Below are positions 54,992 through 64,000 of a stretch of DNA of 64,000 nucleotides, one piece after another (positions within the stretch are counted from its first letter, which is position 1; each line of letters begins with the position of its first letter). The stretch comes from a virus. Lineage: Duplodnaviria; Caudoviricetes. A model generated the notes under the pieces. That model did no database searches and was not told the origin of the DNA. It saw nothing but the letters and a program-made list of their open reading frames with translations. The position numbers and the translations under genes are program-made. The stretch is from the IMG/VR virus record IMGVR_UViG_3300032218_003260, one strand, 5' to 3'.

Positions 54992-55877
54992 TTGTATGCC
55001 TTCTTACGCTTTCCATACGGTAAATAAACGCCAGCACTAAACCGGCAAGGCGGTACGCCGGTAGCGGATGATCAAACCACAGATTTTTGAATGTTGCATA
55101 TGGTTGCGCGTCGTCAAGGCCAAACAGCTCAATAAATACTGGCTCGCCAATCAGCTCCAGTGTCGGAAACAATGTTGTAATAGCCGGCGCAGGATTTGCG
55201 TTTAGTGCGACATACCAACGACCGTTGAATGTCGTTGGATCTGTTGTTAACCGCTCTAGCCTCAATTTGATATCTGTTTCTGGTAGCGTAATGACCGGCA
55301 GATCGCCCGCCGACCGTTCTCGTGTACGTGGCGCCGGGTCGTATACAGTTTGCGTTGTTAAAAACACTTCGGCATCTGGGTCGAGTTCTGTGAGCAGCAC
55401 GCCGCGATTGTCTTCAAGTGTTAAAAACTCATCTTCTTCGCTCCCCATCGGTTTGGGTGGCACAGGATACAACCCCATCGTGTACTGGCGGTTTGCGCGA
55501 CCAGTGCTGTTGCTGGCAATAAACTCGCCGCCAATCGCGACATTCCTTGGCGCGCCCGCTATTTGTGTAACGCGCAACGACGGCTGATATTTAAACTCGT
55601 TTTCTGCGGGTTCCGGCCAGTACGTTATCCGTTGATCGAGTTTGTGCAGGTATTCAACCGCCGGTGTTTGATGGATGTAGCTAAGCAGCTCTCGCGCACG
55701 AAGATTCAAAAATCGCTGATCAGGGCTGCTGCCAAACAATACGCGACGCACTGTGTTCAATACAGTCGGCAAAACTAGCGGCCGAAACTCTGGCGGAATG
55801 TATTCATATCCCGCTTGTTGTTTCTGCGCGCTCTGCGCCCAGATATTTAACAGTAATGTTCGGCCGTGATTAATCAT
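54984..55877 (-). CDS. tail/baseplate region hypothetical protein
   Basis: Start re-called at MINHGRTLLLN; coupled within the operon. Confidence 0.65.
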   Translation of the reverse strand: MINHGRTLLLNIWAQSAQKQQAGYEYIPPEFRPLVLPTVLNTVRRVLFGSSPDQRFLNLRARELLSYIHQTPAVEYLHKLDQRITYWPEPAENEFKYQPSLRVTQIAGAPRNVAIGGEFIASNSTGRANRQYTMGLYPVPPKPMGSEEDEFLTLEDNRGVLLTELDPDAEVFLTTQTVYDPAPRTRERSAGDLPVITLPETDIKLRLERLTTDPTTFNGRWYVALNANPAPAITTLFPTLELIGEPVFIELFGLDDAQPYATFKNLWFDHPLPAYRLAGLVLAFIYRMESVRRHTNG

Positions 55878-55878
55878 G

Positions 55879-56343
55879 TTATTTTTTGGGCACGATGTTG
55901 AAACGAAGCGACCACTGCCCAACAAGTGTCTGCGGATCCTGCAACTCTAAACGCATGCCGGTTAAAAAGGCCCAAAACGTGGAGTTTGCGCAATCACCGA
56001 TTGTGACAGACATCTTGCCGTTTTCTTTAATGCGATTTTTTTGATAGAAGTCGTAGACGTTACAAATTTTTGCGCTGTCTGCGCCGGGGCAGGGTTTTAC
56101 AAAACCAAAACCAGACACAGTTAATTCACCCACACGATCGCCAAACGCGTACACGTAAATAAAGTCATTTACGGTGTGAAGGAATTGATAGTTTCCGTTT
56201 AGTTCTAACGCAAAACCGCTAGTTGGCGCTGTCAGCTGCCCGCCTTTAACGCCACCAAACTTGATTTTGAAAATAGCGCCAGTGCAGTTTTTGGGCTTAA
56301 TAATTGCCACAGCGCCGGCGCATGGAGTAAAGGCTACTGGCAT
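55879..56343 (-). CDS. tail tube-like/baseplate initiator protein
   Basis: NYQFLHTVNDFIYVYAFGDRVGELTVSG; directly downstream of the tape measure gene. Confidence 0.55.
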   Translation of the reverse strand: MPVAFTPCAGAVAIIKPKNCTGAIFKIKFGGVKGGQLTAPTSGFALELNGNYQFLHTVNDFIYVYAFGDRVGELTVSGFGFVKPCPGADSAKICNVYDFYQKNRIKENGKMSVTIGDCANSTFWAFLTGMRLELQDPQTLVGQWSLRFNIVPKK

Positions 56344-56346
56344 GGG

Positions 56347-59300
56347 TTACTTTCCGTAGTTTGCGCCGGTGCCGCCAGCCATGTCGACTGGCGGTCCGTT
56401 ATCTGGGGTATCTTCCATGCGATGACCTGTGGCCGCCAGCACGGCCTCTGAGAGTCCGTGCAGCGTCAACGTGCCGTTGACGTTCATATCGCCACCACCG
56501 CCGCCGCCCATCCCGCCCGCCGGTCTTGCAGCGTCGTATTGCGAGATTGTGTCGCTGAGGTAGTTGTAACGGGCTTGGTCTTTTTCATCGTCAAAGTATT
56601 CGCCACTCCACCAGCTCGTTTTCTTTTTCTTCTCAAGTTCGCCGAGCCGTTGCCGCGCGGATTGAATCGGGTCAGCCGACTGCATGTCAAGGAGCGCTTG
56701 TTCGGCTACCAATCGTGTATGCGGTTTTTCAACGACCTGCTGTACTGAGCCGTCCGCCCCTGTAACGTTTACTTTTTTGGCGCCACCACGTTGTTTAAAT
56801 TCCGCTTTTTCTTTGGCGGTGCCGTAACGCTCCACGTCGGCAGCGGCTTGCTCTTCTGTATATTCTGGGTTGTACGGAACGAATACGCGCTCAGAAACGT
56901 CTTGATGACCGCCAAAGACATGCCAATTGGATTCGCCACGAATTTCGCGCATCGATAGGGACGTGCCGGCCATTTGACCCATTCTGTTAAACGGGTCGTG
57001 CACTGTGAATTCTTGAATGTCGCCGGCGTTGCCTGCCGTTTTACCGCCCTGCGCCATCGACTGCCGGCGCTCCATTAAGTCGGTGCGCCGTTCTTTGTCT
57101 TCCGCGTTGTAGTCCAACCAGTTGTCTTTATTTCGTTCTTCGATAGCTGCCAGTTCTTTATCTATTTCTCCTATCGCGTCGGCGCGGCTTTGTGTGCGTG
57201 TACCGCCAGTCGGACCCGCCGGCGTCGGCGGGTGACTTGATTGATGCGACGCCGCCGAATGACCTGCGCGATTCAGCTGCTGCACCTGCCCGGGCGTGAG
57301 ATTCTGCGATGATACGCCAGCGCCAGTCTTGCTTTCCGCGATAGCGCCGTGAATACGCTCCATGTTGGCGAGATCATCGTCGCTTAGGTTGTAGAACATT
57401 TTTGCCGCATCAGGCGCTTGCAGCGCGCGGCTGAAGTTCGTCATCGCATCTTGTTGCGCCGCTGGATCCAACTTGTTGAACAATTTAACCGCGTCGGCAG
57501 ATGGCAACGTTAAAAGTTGTTGTCGCTTTTTCTGGTCTGTAAGCGCGTTTTTTAGCGCCGCGCCAGTCGGATCTTTACCGACCTCGTCGAGCACGGTTTG
57601 TTGGTCTGTAGTAACTTTTTCGGTGGCTGAAGCAACACCTTGTCCATGCGCGCGTTTAGCTTCTTCAGCTACACGTAGTGCGCTAGTAGTGCGACGTACA
57701 ATAGCTTCTTTGTCTTTACCCATGACCGCGGTTAATTGCTTGCGCGCTTCAGCGCGAGCGGCTTCTGGGTCCATTCCCTCCATAATGAACTGATCGGTTA
57801 GGTGTTGCGTCATGCGCCCCGTCATCGCCAACGCGCGCTCTTCATCAGATTTTCCGACCGTATCACCCATCTGATTTACAGCGACGTCTGACATAGCAAT
57901 GCTAATTTGCCGCAGCCGCTTTTTGCGCTGCGTATCGAACTGCGAATCAGACATACCTTTCGGCCGTAATTTTTCATACTCGGCTTTGTCGTAGTTCTTT
58001 TCGAGCGAGTCGTAAATGCTTTTGCCGACGTCGGCGGAAATACGATTTGAAGTTGCAGTTCCCCGTTTTTGCGCTTTGGCGACATCAACCGGAGTTTGCT
58101 CCAATCCCGCACCGGCAAGTCCGCCAATATCGCGCGCAACGCGGAGCGCCTGCGCAACGCCGCGGGCCTGCTCTTTTTTCTCGTCCGATAATCCGCCCCA
58201 CCCATCCCACGCGGCAGACATCTGTTTTTCAAAGTTGGTGCTGTCAGCGGCCAGCGCAGCAGAAGCAAACTTTTCGATTTGCGCGGTTGTCGCACCCGCG
58301 CCCAGCGTTTGCTGCGCCATAGCTTTGGCGGCCGCCTGCACGTCTTCGGCTTTGCCGGTATTAAAGCCGCGCATAATCAGATCTGCGCGGTTTCGCTGCT
58401 GTTCGTTTTTTGCCCGTTCTGCATCTGTGCTGCCGGCTGCTGTATCAGCAGACTTCATCTTGGCCGCGCCACGTAATTGACCCAGCTCGTCAGCTGTGAG
58501 CTTTTTACCGGGATCAACGCCGGCCATGATCTTGAGTTGCTTGGCTTCGGCGCCGTCTGGATTCTTTTGCGCGGCGTCGGCCATCGTGTCGATCTGTTTC
58601 TCGGTTACGCTTGCCTGCGTATACATACGCGCTGCCGCCACAAGTCCTTCTTGCATGTCTGGCGCGTAGCCCTGCAGCAGCGAATCTTCAGAGGCGATAT
58701 TGAAAATGCGTTTTAACGACTCAGTGCGCGTACCGGCGTTATCGCCGGCTAACCGTTCCAATTCGTCGCCAACGCGCTGCATAACGCCCGACTCTGTTCC
58801 GCGAGAAGCCAGCTTAAATCGATCGGCTCGCCGCTTGTTCATCTCTTCTTTAACTGTGGCTTCGTCGGTAGCGCCCTGATGGTGCATTTGTTTATGTGCT
58901 TCAATAGACACTCCAGTGCGCTGCTGCGAAATGGCGCTCGTCTCAGAGTACGTCGCCAAAAGCGTGTCGCGGCGGTCTGATTCATTCGCGCCGTAAAACG
59001 CGCTGAAGTACTGCTCGGCCATACGCTCCGCCGCCGCGCCTTTGAGCCCGCCGCCAGCGCTACTCTTAAAGTACCGCACCAGTTCTTCTTTGCCGCGCTT
59101 TTCAAGTGTCTTTACGCGCTCTTCCGGCGTCATGTCGGCTGTTTCGTCCATCATGATGCCGGTCATTTTGGTAGCAAAACTTGTCGCAAGCGTGCTATTA
59201 CGTGAGTGAAAATCCTCCTCCGACATACCAGACGGTTTTAACTTTTTGAACTCGTCACTACCCATACGGTCGACAATTGCGCCGGCATGAGCACGCGACA

Positions 59301-61050
59301 GATCGCGTTGCAGCTCAAAACGTTGCGTTTTGTATGCGTACCCAGATTTCATGTACTCCTCGGTCCCGATCTGGTCCGTCATGTAGGCGCGAAACAATCG
59401 GTCATCTGCGCCGCTTTCGCGCGCCATGTTGTAAAGACCTTGCACACCCTGCTGGCCGGCCATTTCCGCTAGGTTGAAAGTCTTACCCTTGTATTCGTAT
59501 TTGTCTTCTCCGCGCTTGTAAGCTTGCATTGCCGCAGCTAATTGCGTGTCTTTGTATTTATCTGGATTCTCAGACACGAGTCGATTCATGGATGCCAGCG
59601 CGCGTCCAACAGAAGATGCGTCGCCACGCGTAGACATTGCCGACATGCGCGCTTCAGCTTCGGCCCGGTTAAGCTTGCCAAAACCGGGCTTTTCAAACAC
59701 GCCGGCGTCAGCCATGGCTTGCCCGCGCAGCAGATCGCCCGCAAGACCTTTTTCGGCTGTGACTTCCTGCAGCCCCATTCCGCGGGCCATGGCTTTCTTT
59801 TCAGCCGCGATGGCGTTCAAATTTTGCAGATCTGTGTTTGTATCTCGGGCGGCTAACCTAATCTCGCGCACCATTGACTCAACTTTGCCGGCGCTCATGT
59901 TGCCTTGCGCGCCGTTTGTTAAGTGCTGCAAGTTGGCAATGAGTTGCTGGATCGGCGCGTTTGGGTTTCCGTTGTCGCCGAAAATTTCTCTGATCGCAGC
60001 TATGGAGCCGTTGTACTCTTTCACTGCGCGCGACACGCTCTTGGCGTCTAACGCGTTAGCGGCCAAACCGACGCCTTCAAGTTGTTCAATTTCTTCAGCA
60101 GACTTAGCGCGCGGATCTTTTGACTGAAATTTGTCGACTTCTTTGAATGTGTCGTCTAACCTCTTCCGAAACGACGGTAACTTGTCTGACAGCATGATCT
60201 TTTGCTCTTCTTCGCTGGCAGAGGCGTAAGCGGCGTCACGGGAAGACAGCTCTGAGTGACCAAACTGGCGGGCCAGCTCGTTCATAGTCTTGTCGTCTCG
60301 CTTGGTACTGCTGAGCGCTTTTACGCGGTCAGCAGCCGACATGGCGCCGAGGCTCTTGGGAAGGCGGCCTTGTTGAAACAACGTCTCCATCATCTCGCCG
60401 CTGGCCACTGCTCCAAACCCGTGCATCTCGTCGAGGTTGGCGTCTTCGCCGTACAAGTTTTGATATACATTTTGCGAAAACTGCTTTAACGAGTCCGACG
60501 ACATGCGCGGACCCTGCCCACCCGCGTCCGGTCGGAAAAAACCAATCCGGTTGGTAGCGGCGGCGATGGCCGTCGGATCGCCACGTCGACCGAACATGAT
60601 GCCTTCGAGATTTTCGGCGCCGATTTGAGACGCGGCAAACTGTTTAAATATCGGGTTGTTTAATACCCGCGCGCCGATATTTGCGTGTTCGCGGTCCAAA
60701 TCGGTAACGGGTTGACCGTCATTAACAAAACGTTGCGCGCCAATTAACTTCTGAGCAACTTGTGAGTTGCCCGCCATGTTCGCCGCCTCGATAGCCGCGG
60801 CACCGTGACGCTGGTATCGCGCGGCCGTAAACTGATCGAGGCGGGCTTGCCCGGGCGCCTGATGCGCTAGAAACGCGTCTTGCCCGAACGCGCCCTGTAC
60901 GAGCGCGGGGCCGTACATATTGGCCATGTAGCCAAACGCGTCGTCTACGTGGGCAGCGTTTTGAAACGGCGAATATACAGGTGGGGCGTACGGATTACCT
61001 GTATAGTTCTGGGTAAAGCCGGCGGCGTTTTGTGTGTGATATTGAGCCAT
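56347..61050 (-). CDS. tail tape measure protein (1567 aa)
   Basis: Very long, Ala/Gln/Met-rich and helical; C-terminal MNVNGTLTL; canonical position. Confidence 0.75.
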   Translation of the reverse strand: MAQYHTQNAAGFTQNYTGNPYAPPVYSPFQNAAHVDDAFGYMANMYGPALVQGAFGQDAFLAHQAPGQARLDQFTAARYQRHGAAAIEAANMAGNSQVAQKLIGAQRFVNDGQPVTDLDREHANIGARVLNNPIFKQFAASQIGAENLEGIMFGRRGDPTAIAAATNRIGFFRPDAGGQGPRMSSDSLKQFSQNVYQNLYGEDANLDEMHGFGAVASGEMMETLFQQGRLPKSLGAMSAADRVKALSSTKRDDKTMNELARQFGHSELSSRDAAYASASEEEQKIMLSDKLPSFRKRLDDTFKEVDKFQSKDPRAKSAEEIEQLEGVGLAANALDAKSVSRAVKEYNGSIAAIREIFGDNGNPNAPIQQLIANLQHLTNGAQGNMSAGKVESMVREIRLAARDTNTDLQNLNAIAAEKKAMARGMGLQEVTAEKGLAGDLLRGQAMADAGVFEKPGFGKLNRAEAEARMSAMSTRGDASSVGRALASMNRLVSENPDKYKDTQLAAAMQAYKRGEDKYEYKGKTFNLAEMAGQQGVQGLYNMARESGADDRLFRAYMTDQIGTEEYMKSGYAYKTQRFELQRDLSRAHAGAIVDRMGSDEFKKLKPSGMSEEDFHSRNSTLATSFATKMTGIMMDETADMTPEERVKTLEKRGKEELVRYFKSSAGGGLKGAAAERMAEQYFSAFYGANESDRRDTLLATYSETSAISQQRTGVSIEAHKQMHHQGATDEATVKEEMNKRRADRFKLASRGTESGVMQRVGDELERLAGDNAGTRTESLKRIFNIASEDSLLQGYAPDMQEGLVAAARMYTQASVTEKQIDTMADAAQKNPDGAEAKQLKIMAGVDPGKKLTADELGQLRGAAKMKSADTAAGSTDAERAKNEQQRNRADLIMRGFNTGKAEDVQAAAKAMAQQTLGAGATTAQIEKFASAALAADSTNFEKQMSAAWDGWGGLSDEKKEQARGVAQALRVARDIGGLAGAGLEQTPVDVAKAQKRGTATSNRISADVGKSIYDSLEKNYDKAEYEKLRPKGMSDSQFDTQRKKRLRQISIAMSDVAVNQMGDTVGKSDEERALAMTGRMTQHLTDQFIMEGMDPEAARAEARKQLTAVMGKDKEAIVRRTTSALRVAEEAKRAHGQGVASATEKVTTDQQTVLDEVGKDPTGAALKNALTDQKKRQQLLTLPSADAVKLFNKLDPAAQQDAMTNFSRALQAPDAAKMFYNLSDDDLANMERIHGAIAESKTGAGVSSQNLTPGQVQQLNRAGHSAASHQSSHPPTPAGPTGGTRTQSRADAIGEIDKELAAIEERNKDNWLDYNAEDKERRTDLMERRQSMAQGGKTAGNAGDIQEFTVHDPFNRMGQMAGTSLSMREIRGESNWHVFGGHQDVSERVFVPYNPEYTEEQAAADVERYGTAKEKAEFKQRGGAKKVNVTGADGSVQQVVEKPHTRLVAEQALLDMQSADPIQSARQRLGELEKKKKTSWWSGEYFDDEKDQARYNYLSDTISQYDAARPAGGMGGGGGGDMNVNGTLTLHGLSEAVLAATGHRMEDTPDNGPPVDMAGGTGANYGK

Positions 61051-61059
61051 ACGCCACCG

Positions 61060-61458
61060 TCATTTTCCGACATTCAGTTCTTTGTAGCGTTCAATAAGTT
61101 CCTGCGCTGCTTTGTCAACTATTATAGCTTTTTTAGGGTCTGCTTTTGCTGCGTCTTTCTGCGCTTCTTTTACATTATCCCACGGAAAAAGTGTTGTTTG
61201 AATGTTTTCCAGCAATTCGATTGAGCGAGTTTTGGCGTTACCAAAACTTTCTTCGGTCAAACTGCCGTGCGCTACAAGAGCAAGCCAGTGCCTGTGCGCT
61301 GCTTGCATTAATTCGTAGTCTTCTCGTCGCGCCATCTCCGTGAGTGTTAGCAGGTGCTTTATTCGCCACTGTCTGTTTTTGGGATCGGCACCGGTGTAAT
61401 CAATTACACCGGAAACGGCAGCCCGCACCATGAAGGCTGCTACCCGATCCCGTTCCAA
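61060..61458 (-). CDS. putative tail assembly chaperone (T-like), in the -1 frame of the upstream ORF
   Basis: 19-nt overlap; TTG 61458 or ATG 61431 start without a clear RBS. Confidence 0.5.
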   Translation of the reverse strand: MERDRVAAFMVRAAVSGVIDYTGADPKNRQWRIKHLLTLTEMARREDYELMQAAHRHWLALVAHGSLTEESFGNAKTRSIELLENIQTTLFPWDNVKEAQKDAAKADPKKAIIVDKAAQELIERYKELNVGK

Positions 61459-62429
61459 AAACTTGGTTCAAGCGCCATAGCTTCCATCGCTTCAACCAAC
61501 CGCTGGAACTTGCGCAGGTGTGTCGCGGCAAGGCGGCGCGTTACTTCGTGCGCGAGCGCCTTGCTGTGCACAAACTCGCGCGCAGCCGGGAGCGCTGTCT
61601 GATTGGGCTTATCCGGGTTGACGTCAAATTTAAAGTCGCTCAACTGCGGTACGATCACAAGCGGCTTTCCGTTGGCGTCGTATACGGCGGCTAGTGAGCA
61701 GGCCATACGGTACTCAAACAACCTTAAAAACCACTCGGCCTCCGACAAGATCAGGTTATCGTTCTGGTCCAGCAGGAGCTGTCGCTGGACGTCAAAGTTC
61801 TCGTCGGCCAGCATGCTGCGAAACTCCAGCACGATCTTGCCGCCCATCAGCTCAAACCGGCGCGTAAACCGAGACCCGCCCAGAATCGTGACAAGGAAGT
61901 CTTCTTTGTCGCGGTCTGTTACATCAACGTCAAACTTCTGCTGCATGTCCCAGCCGCAGCGTGGGCAGAACGGCAGAATGACCATCGGCGGCACAATATT
62001 CTCTTCCGGTACCGCTGGCGTTTCATCTGTCGCGGTCTCGGGCGTTGCAGTCGCGGGGGTCGCTTCGTCTGTCGCCGCTTTTTCACGGTCGTCGATGATT
62101 TCGGCGTCCGTGTTCTGCAGCTGCGCGTACATTTCACGCACGCTGTCAGGCATGTTGGCCGTTTCTTCTTCGAACTGTTCTTTTTGCGCTTTTTTCTTGG
62201 CTACTTCCTTGGCTTCTCGCAGCATGGTTTTGATATTTTCAACGTCCTCTTCTTTCATCGCGTCTTTGTCGATCAAAACGTCGACGCGCGGCGACGGCGG
62301 CAGCGTGTCTTTAATCCGCAGCATGAGCGGTCCAAGCTCGGCCGGAATAGGATCGTCTTTCCGCCAGCCGAACTGCTCAAGCGTTTTCTTTGTAAAATCA
62401 GACACGTAAACGTTTTCAACCAGTTCCAT
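61440..62429 (-). CDS. putative tail assembly chaperone (G-like) with CPRC motif
   Basis: Position before the tape measure gene; FTRRFELMGGKIVLEFRSM; AAGGAG RBS. Confidence 0.55.
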   Translation of the reverse strand: MELVENVYVSDFTKKTLEQFGWRKDDPIPAELGPLMLRIKDTLPPSPRVDVLIDKDAMKEEDVENIKTMLREAKEVAKKKAQKEQFEEETANMPDSVREMYAQLQNTDAEIIDDREKAATDEATPATATPETATDETPAVPEENIVPPMVILPFCPRCGWDMQQKFDVDVTDRDKEDFLVTILGGSRFTRRFELMGGKIVLEFRSMLADENFDVQRQLLLDQNDNLILSEAEWFLRLFEYRMACSLAAVYDANGKPLVIVPQLSDFKFDVNPDKPNQTALPAAREFVHSKALAHEVTRRLAATHLRKFQRLVEAMEAMALEPSFWNGIG

Positions 62430-62443
62430 GGTTATCTCCTTCG

Positions 62444-64000
62444 TCAGGTTCGCGGAATGATGGGGTAGTTACCGTTAATGATCTTTGGCGTATTAGATTT
62501 GAATTCCGGCTCCTTGTACTCTGCCGCAAGGCCGGGCGCTTCGTTGCGCCTTTTATCGATATAGCCACCCTCGTTTTGCACAATCTTCAAATCTTGCTCG
62601 ACGTAGGCTGGTTCTGCGTTAAGCCACTTATCCCCCGGGAACGGGAACGTCTTTCCGCAAGCAGCAGCGTTTACGGGTCGCTCGGTCCACTTGTCGGGGC
62701 TCTTGCCGCCGATGCGCGCCATCTGCTGCCACCTGTCTTCGTAAAGCATAAAATCTGGGATCTTGTAGTCTTCGTCGCGGCGGAACGAGAATTCCAGAAT
62801 CGTCATTACACGGTCGTTGCCGGCGCGCTTGTCTGTGTACCACAGCTGCTGAATTTTCTCGTTGTCAATTTGATCGCCAATCGCCGGAATATCTACGTCA
62901 ATCAGTGACTTAAATAATTCGACAGCGGCTCGGACCTGTGCTTGGCAATCGCCGTCGCACGGACCGACGAAGATTGCGCCGCGGGCGGCCATCTCGGTGA
63001 GGATGTGCCCTTTTGACACAAGCACGCTACCATCGCACAGTACGTTACCGTCGCAGAAGATATCGCCGTCTGTGCCGATCGGGCCGCAGAGGCAGGTAAG
63101 CGTCTGTCGGAACAAGTTGGCCTTGTTCGTGCCGCCAATTTTCTGCCCGCCAAAGAAGTGATAAACTTCGCCGTCTTCTTTGAGGTAGTTGTAAAAATTA
63201 GTGGATTTTGTGATGATATCTTTACTGCCCTGCGCCGCGTCGAGCATGATGTCGCCGGGCTTGATGTTCCCGCCGCCCGTGCGCATGTAGATCTGATGCG
63301 CCAGCCCCACCACGTTGGAGTAAGGCGCGCGCGCAACAACACCGGCAAACTTGATCTGATCGCCGCACTGCTCGAAGTCATATTCGATTGTTTTGCCACG
63401 CGACTCAAGCAAAATTCCGCCTTCTCGGTCGGACGTCTCGTTACCAGCAAACACTAGTACGTTACGCTCAGCTTTGATGCGCACGTTCTTTTCTGTGGCC
63501 GAAATGTCAACGGTTTTGTTGCCGCGGAGTATGACGTCGTTACCGCCCCACGCTTGAACGTCGCGGCCACCCTTAAGCCATACGTCGCCCGGGGCTGAGA
63601 TAATCACACACCCAGCCACCATGCGAATCTCGCCGCCGTACCCATCACCGATCACTACGCCGCCGTCTTCAAGCAGCGAGATATACGACTCCTGCTCGTA
63701 AAACTTTTGTTCGTTATAGCGGTGGTCGATTTTCCATTCTTTGGGTGTGGGTTCTTTGAGATACATCGAGCCTTTGAGCTGGTTGAACTCCGGGATCTTT
63801 TGATTAACGTCGGCGTAGCCTTCGCTTTTTAGATCCTGCTCTTCCCACGTCTTGTAATCCTTGGCGTGCCAGTAGAAAGGGTGCAAGCCGGCGTAGTTAA
63901 ACAGGTAGCCGTGTAGATCGAGGACAGCCGTGGCGCGTTGCATATTCGGCCACTTGCTGTCGGTGGTTTTGATATCACCAGTGATTTTATGATCTGGGCC
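62444..64000 (-). CDS. baseplate spike/gp5-VgrG-like protein; 5' end beyond the right edge
   Basis: Frame is open to 64000; beta-helix-like repeats DGYGGEIRM, ISAPGDVWLKGGRDV, VDISATEKNVRIKAE. Confidence 0.55.
   Translation of the reverse strand, partial: GPDHKITGDIKTTDSKWPNMQRATAVLDLHGYLFNYAGLHPFYWHAKDYKTWEEQDLKSEGYADVNQKIPEFNQLKGSMYLKEPTPKEWKIDHRYNEQKFYEQESYISLLEDGGVVIGDGYGGEIRMVAGCVIISAPGDVWLKGGRDVQAWGGNDVILRGNKTVDISATEKNVRIKAERNVLVFAGNETSDREGGILLESRGKTIEYDFEQCGDQIKFAGVVARAPYSNVVGLAHQIYMRTGGGNIKPGDIMLDAAQGSKDIITKSTNFYNYLKEDGEVYHFFGGQKIGGTNKANLFRQTLTCLCGPIGTDGDIFCDGNVLCDGSVLVSKGHILTEMAARGAIFVGPCDGDCQAQVRAAVELFKSLIDVDIPAIGDQIDNEKIQQLWYTDKRAGNDRVMTILEFSFRRDEDYKIPDFMLYEDRWQQMARIGGKSPDKWTERPVNAAACGKTFPFPGDKWLNAEPAYVEQDLKIVQNEGGYIDKRRNEAPGLAAEYKEPEFKSNTPKIINGNYPIIPRT

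Noticed and set aside
45568-64000. Extracellular contractile injection system/tailocin rather than a phage
   Set aside because: It is contiguous with terL, a tRNA and dozens of phage-type accessory genes, and the tape measure protein is very long.
1-64000. Stop-codon reassignment
   Set aside because: Long genes are uninterrupted in code 11, and TAA, TAG and TGA all end genes at coupled junctions.
1-64000. Additional tRNAs, tmRNA, rRNA, integrase, transposase, introns or inteins
   Set aside because: None were recognised by eye; a degenerate copy could be missed without tRNAscan or Infernal.

Overview
The window is a 64-kb internal segment of a large, probably jumbo, contractile-tailed phage genome in the standard genetic code. 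Almost all genes lie on the minus strand, tightly packed. Read right to left: (i) a tail/baseplate operon (spike-like, chaperone-like pair, 1567-aa tape measure, hub, an embedded sigma factor, gp25-like, baseplate J-like, five Cys-rich paralogues, two collagen-like fibres); (ii) a junction with two strongly structured intergenic elements; (iii) a replication/regulation block (CsrA, degenerate primase-helicase-like protein, hyper-acidic protein, pyrimidine-dimer glycosylase, tRNA-Thr(UGU), GNAT) containing three isolated plus-strand genes including terL; (iv) a long accessory region with a DUF1257-DUF2997-Ycf46-like AAA ATPase-DUF3150-like module, a secreted Cys-rich peptide, DUF6878/DUF6915/DUF3085 and a DUF6745 pair. 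Several genes resemble Planctomycetota families, suggesting a planctomycete host (inference). No capsid, portal, sheath, polymerase, integrase, CRISPR array or reverse transcriptase was recognised. All family names come from motif recall, not database searches. Best leads: the AAA module, the Cys-rich repeat/collagen fibre system, a CsrA gene plus a perfect CsrA-box hairpin, the two structured elements at 30.5-31.3 kb, and divergent genes with overlapping start codons.
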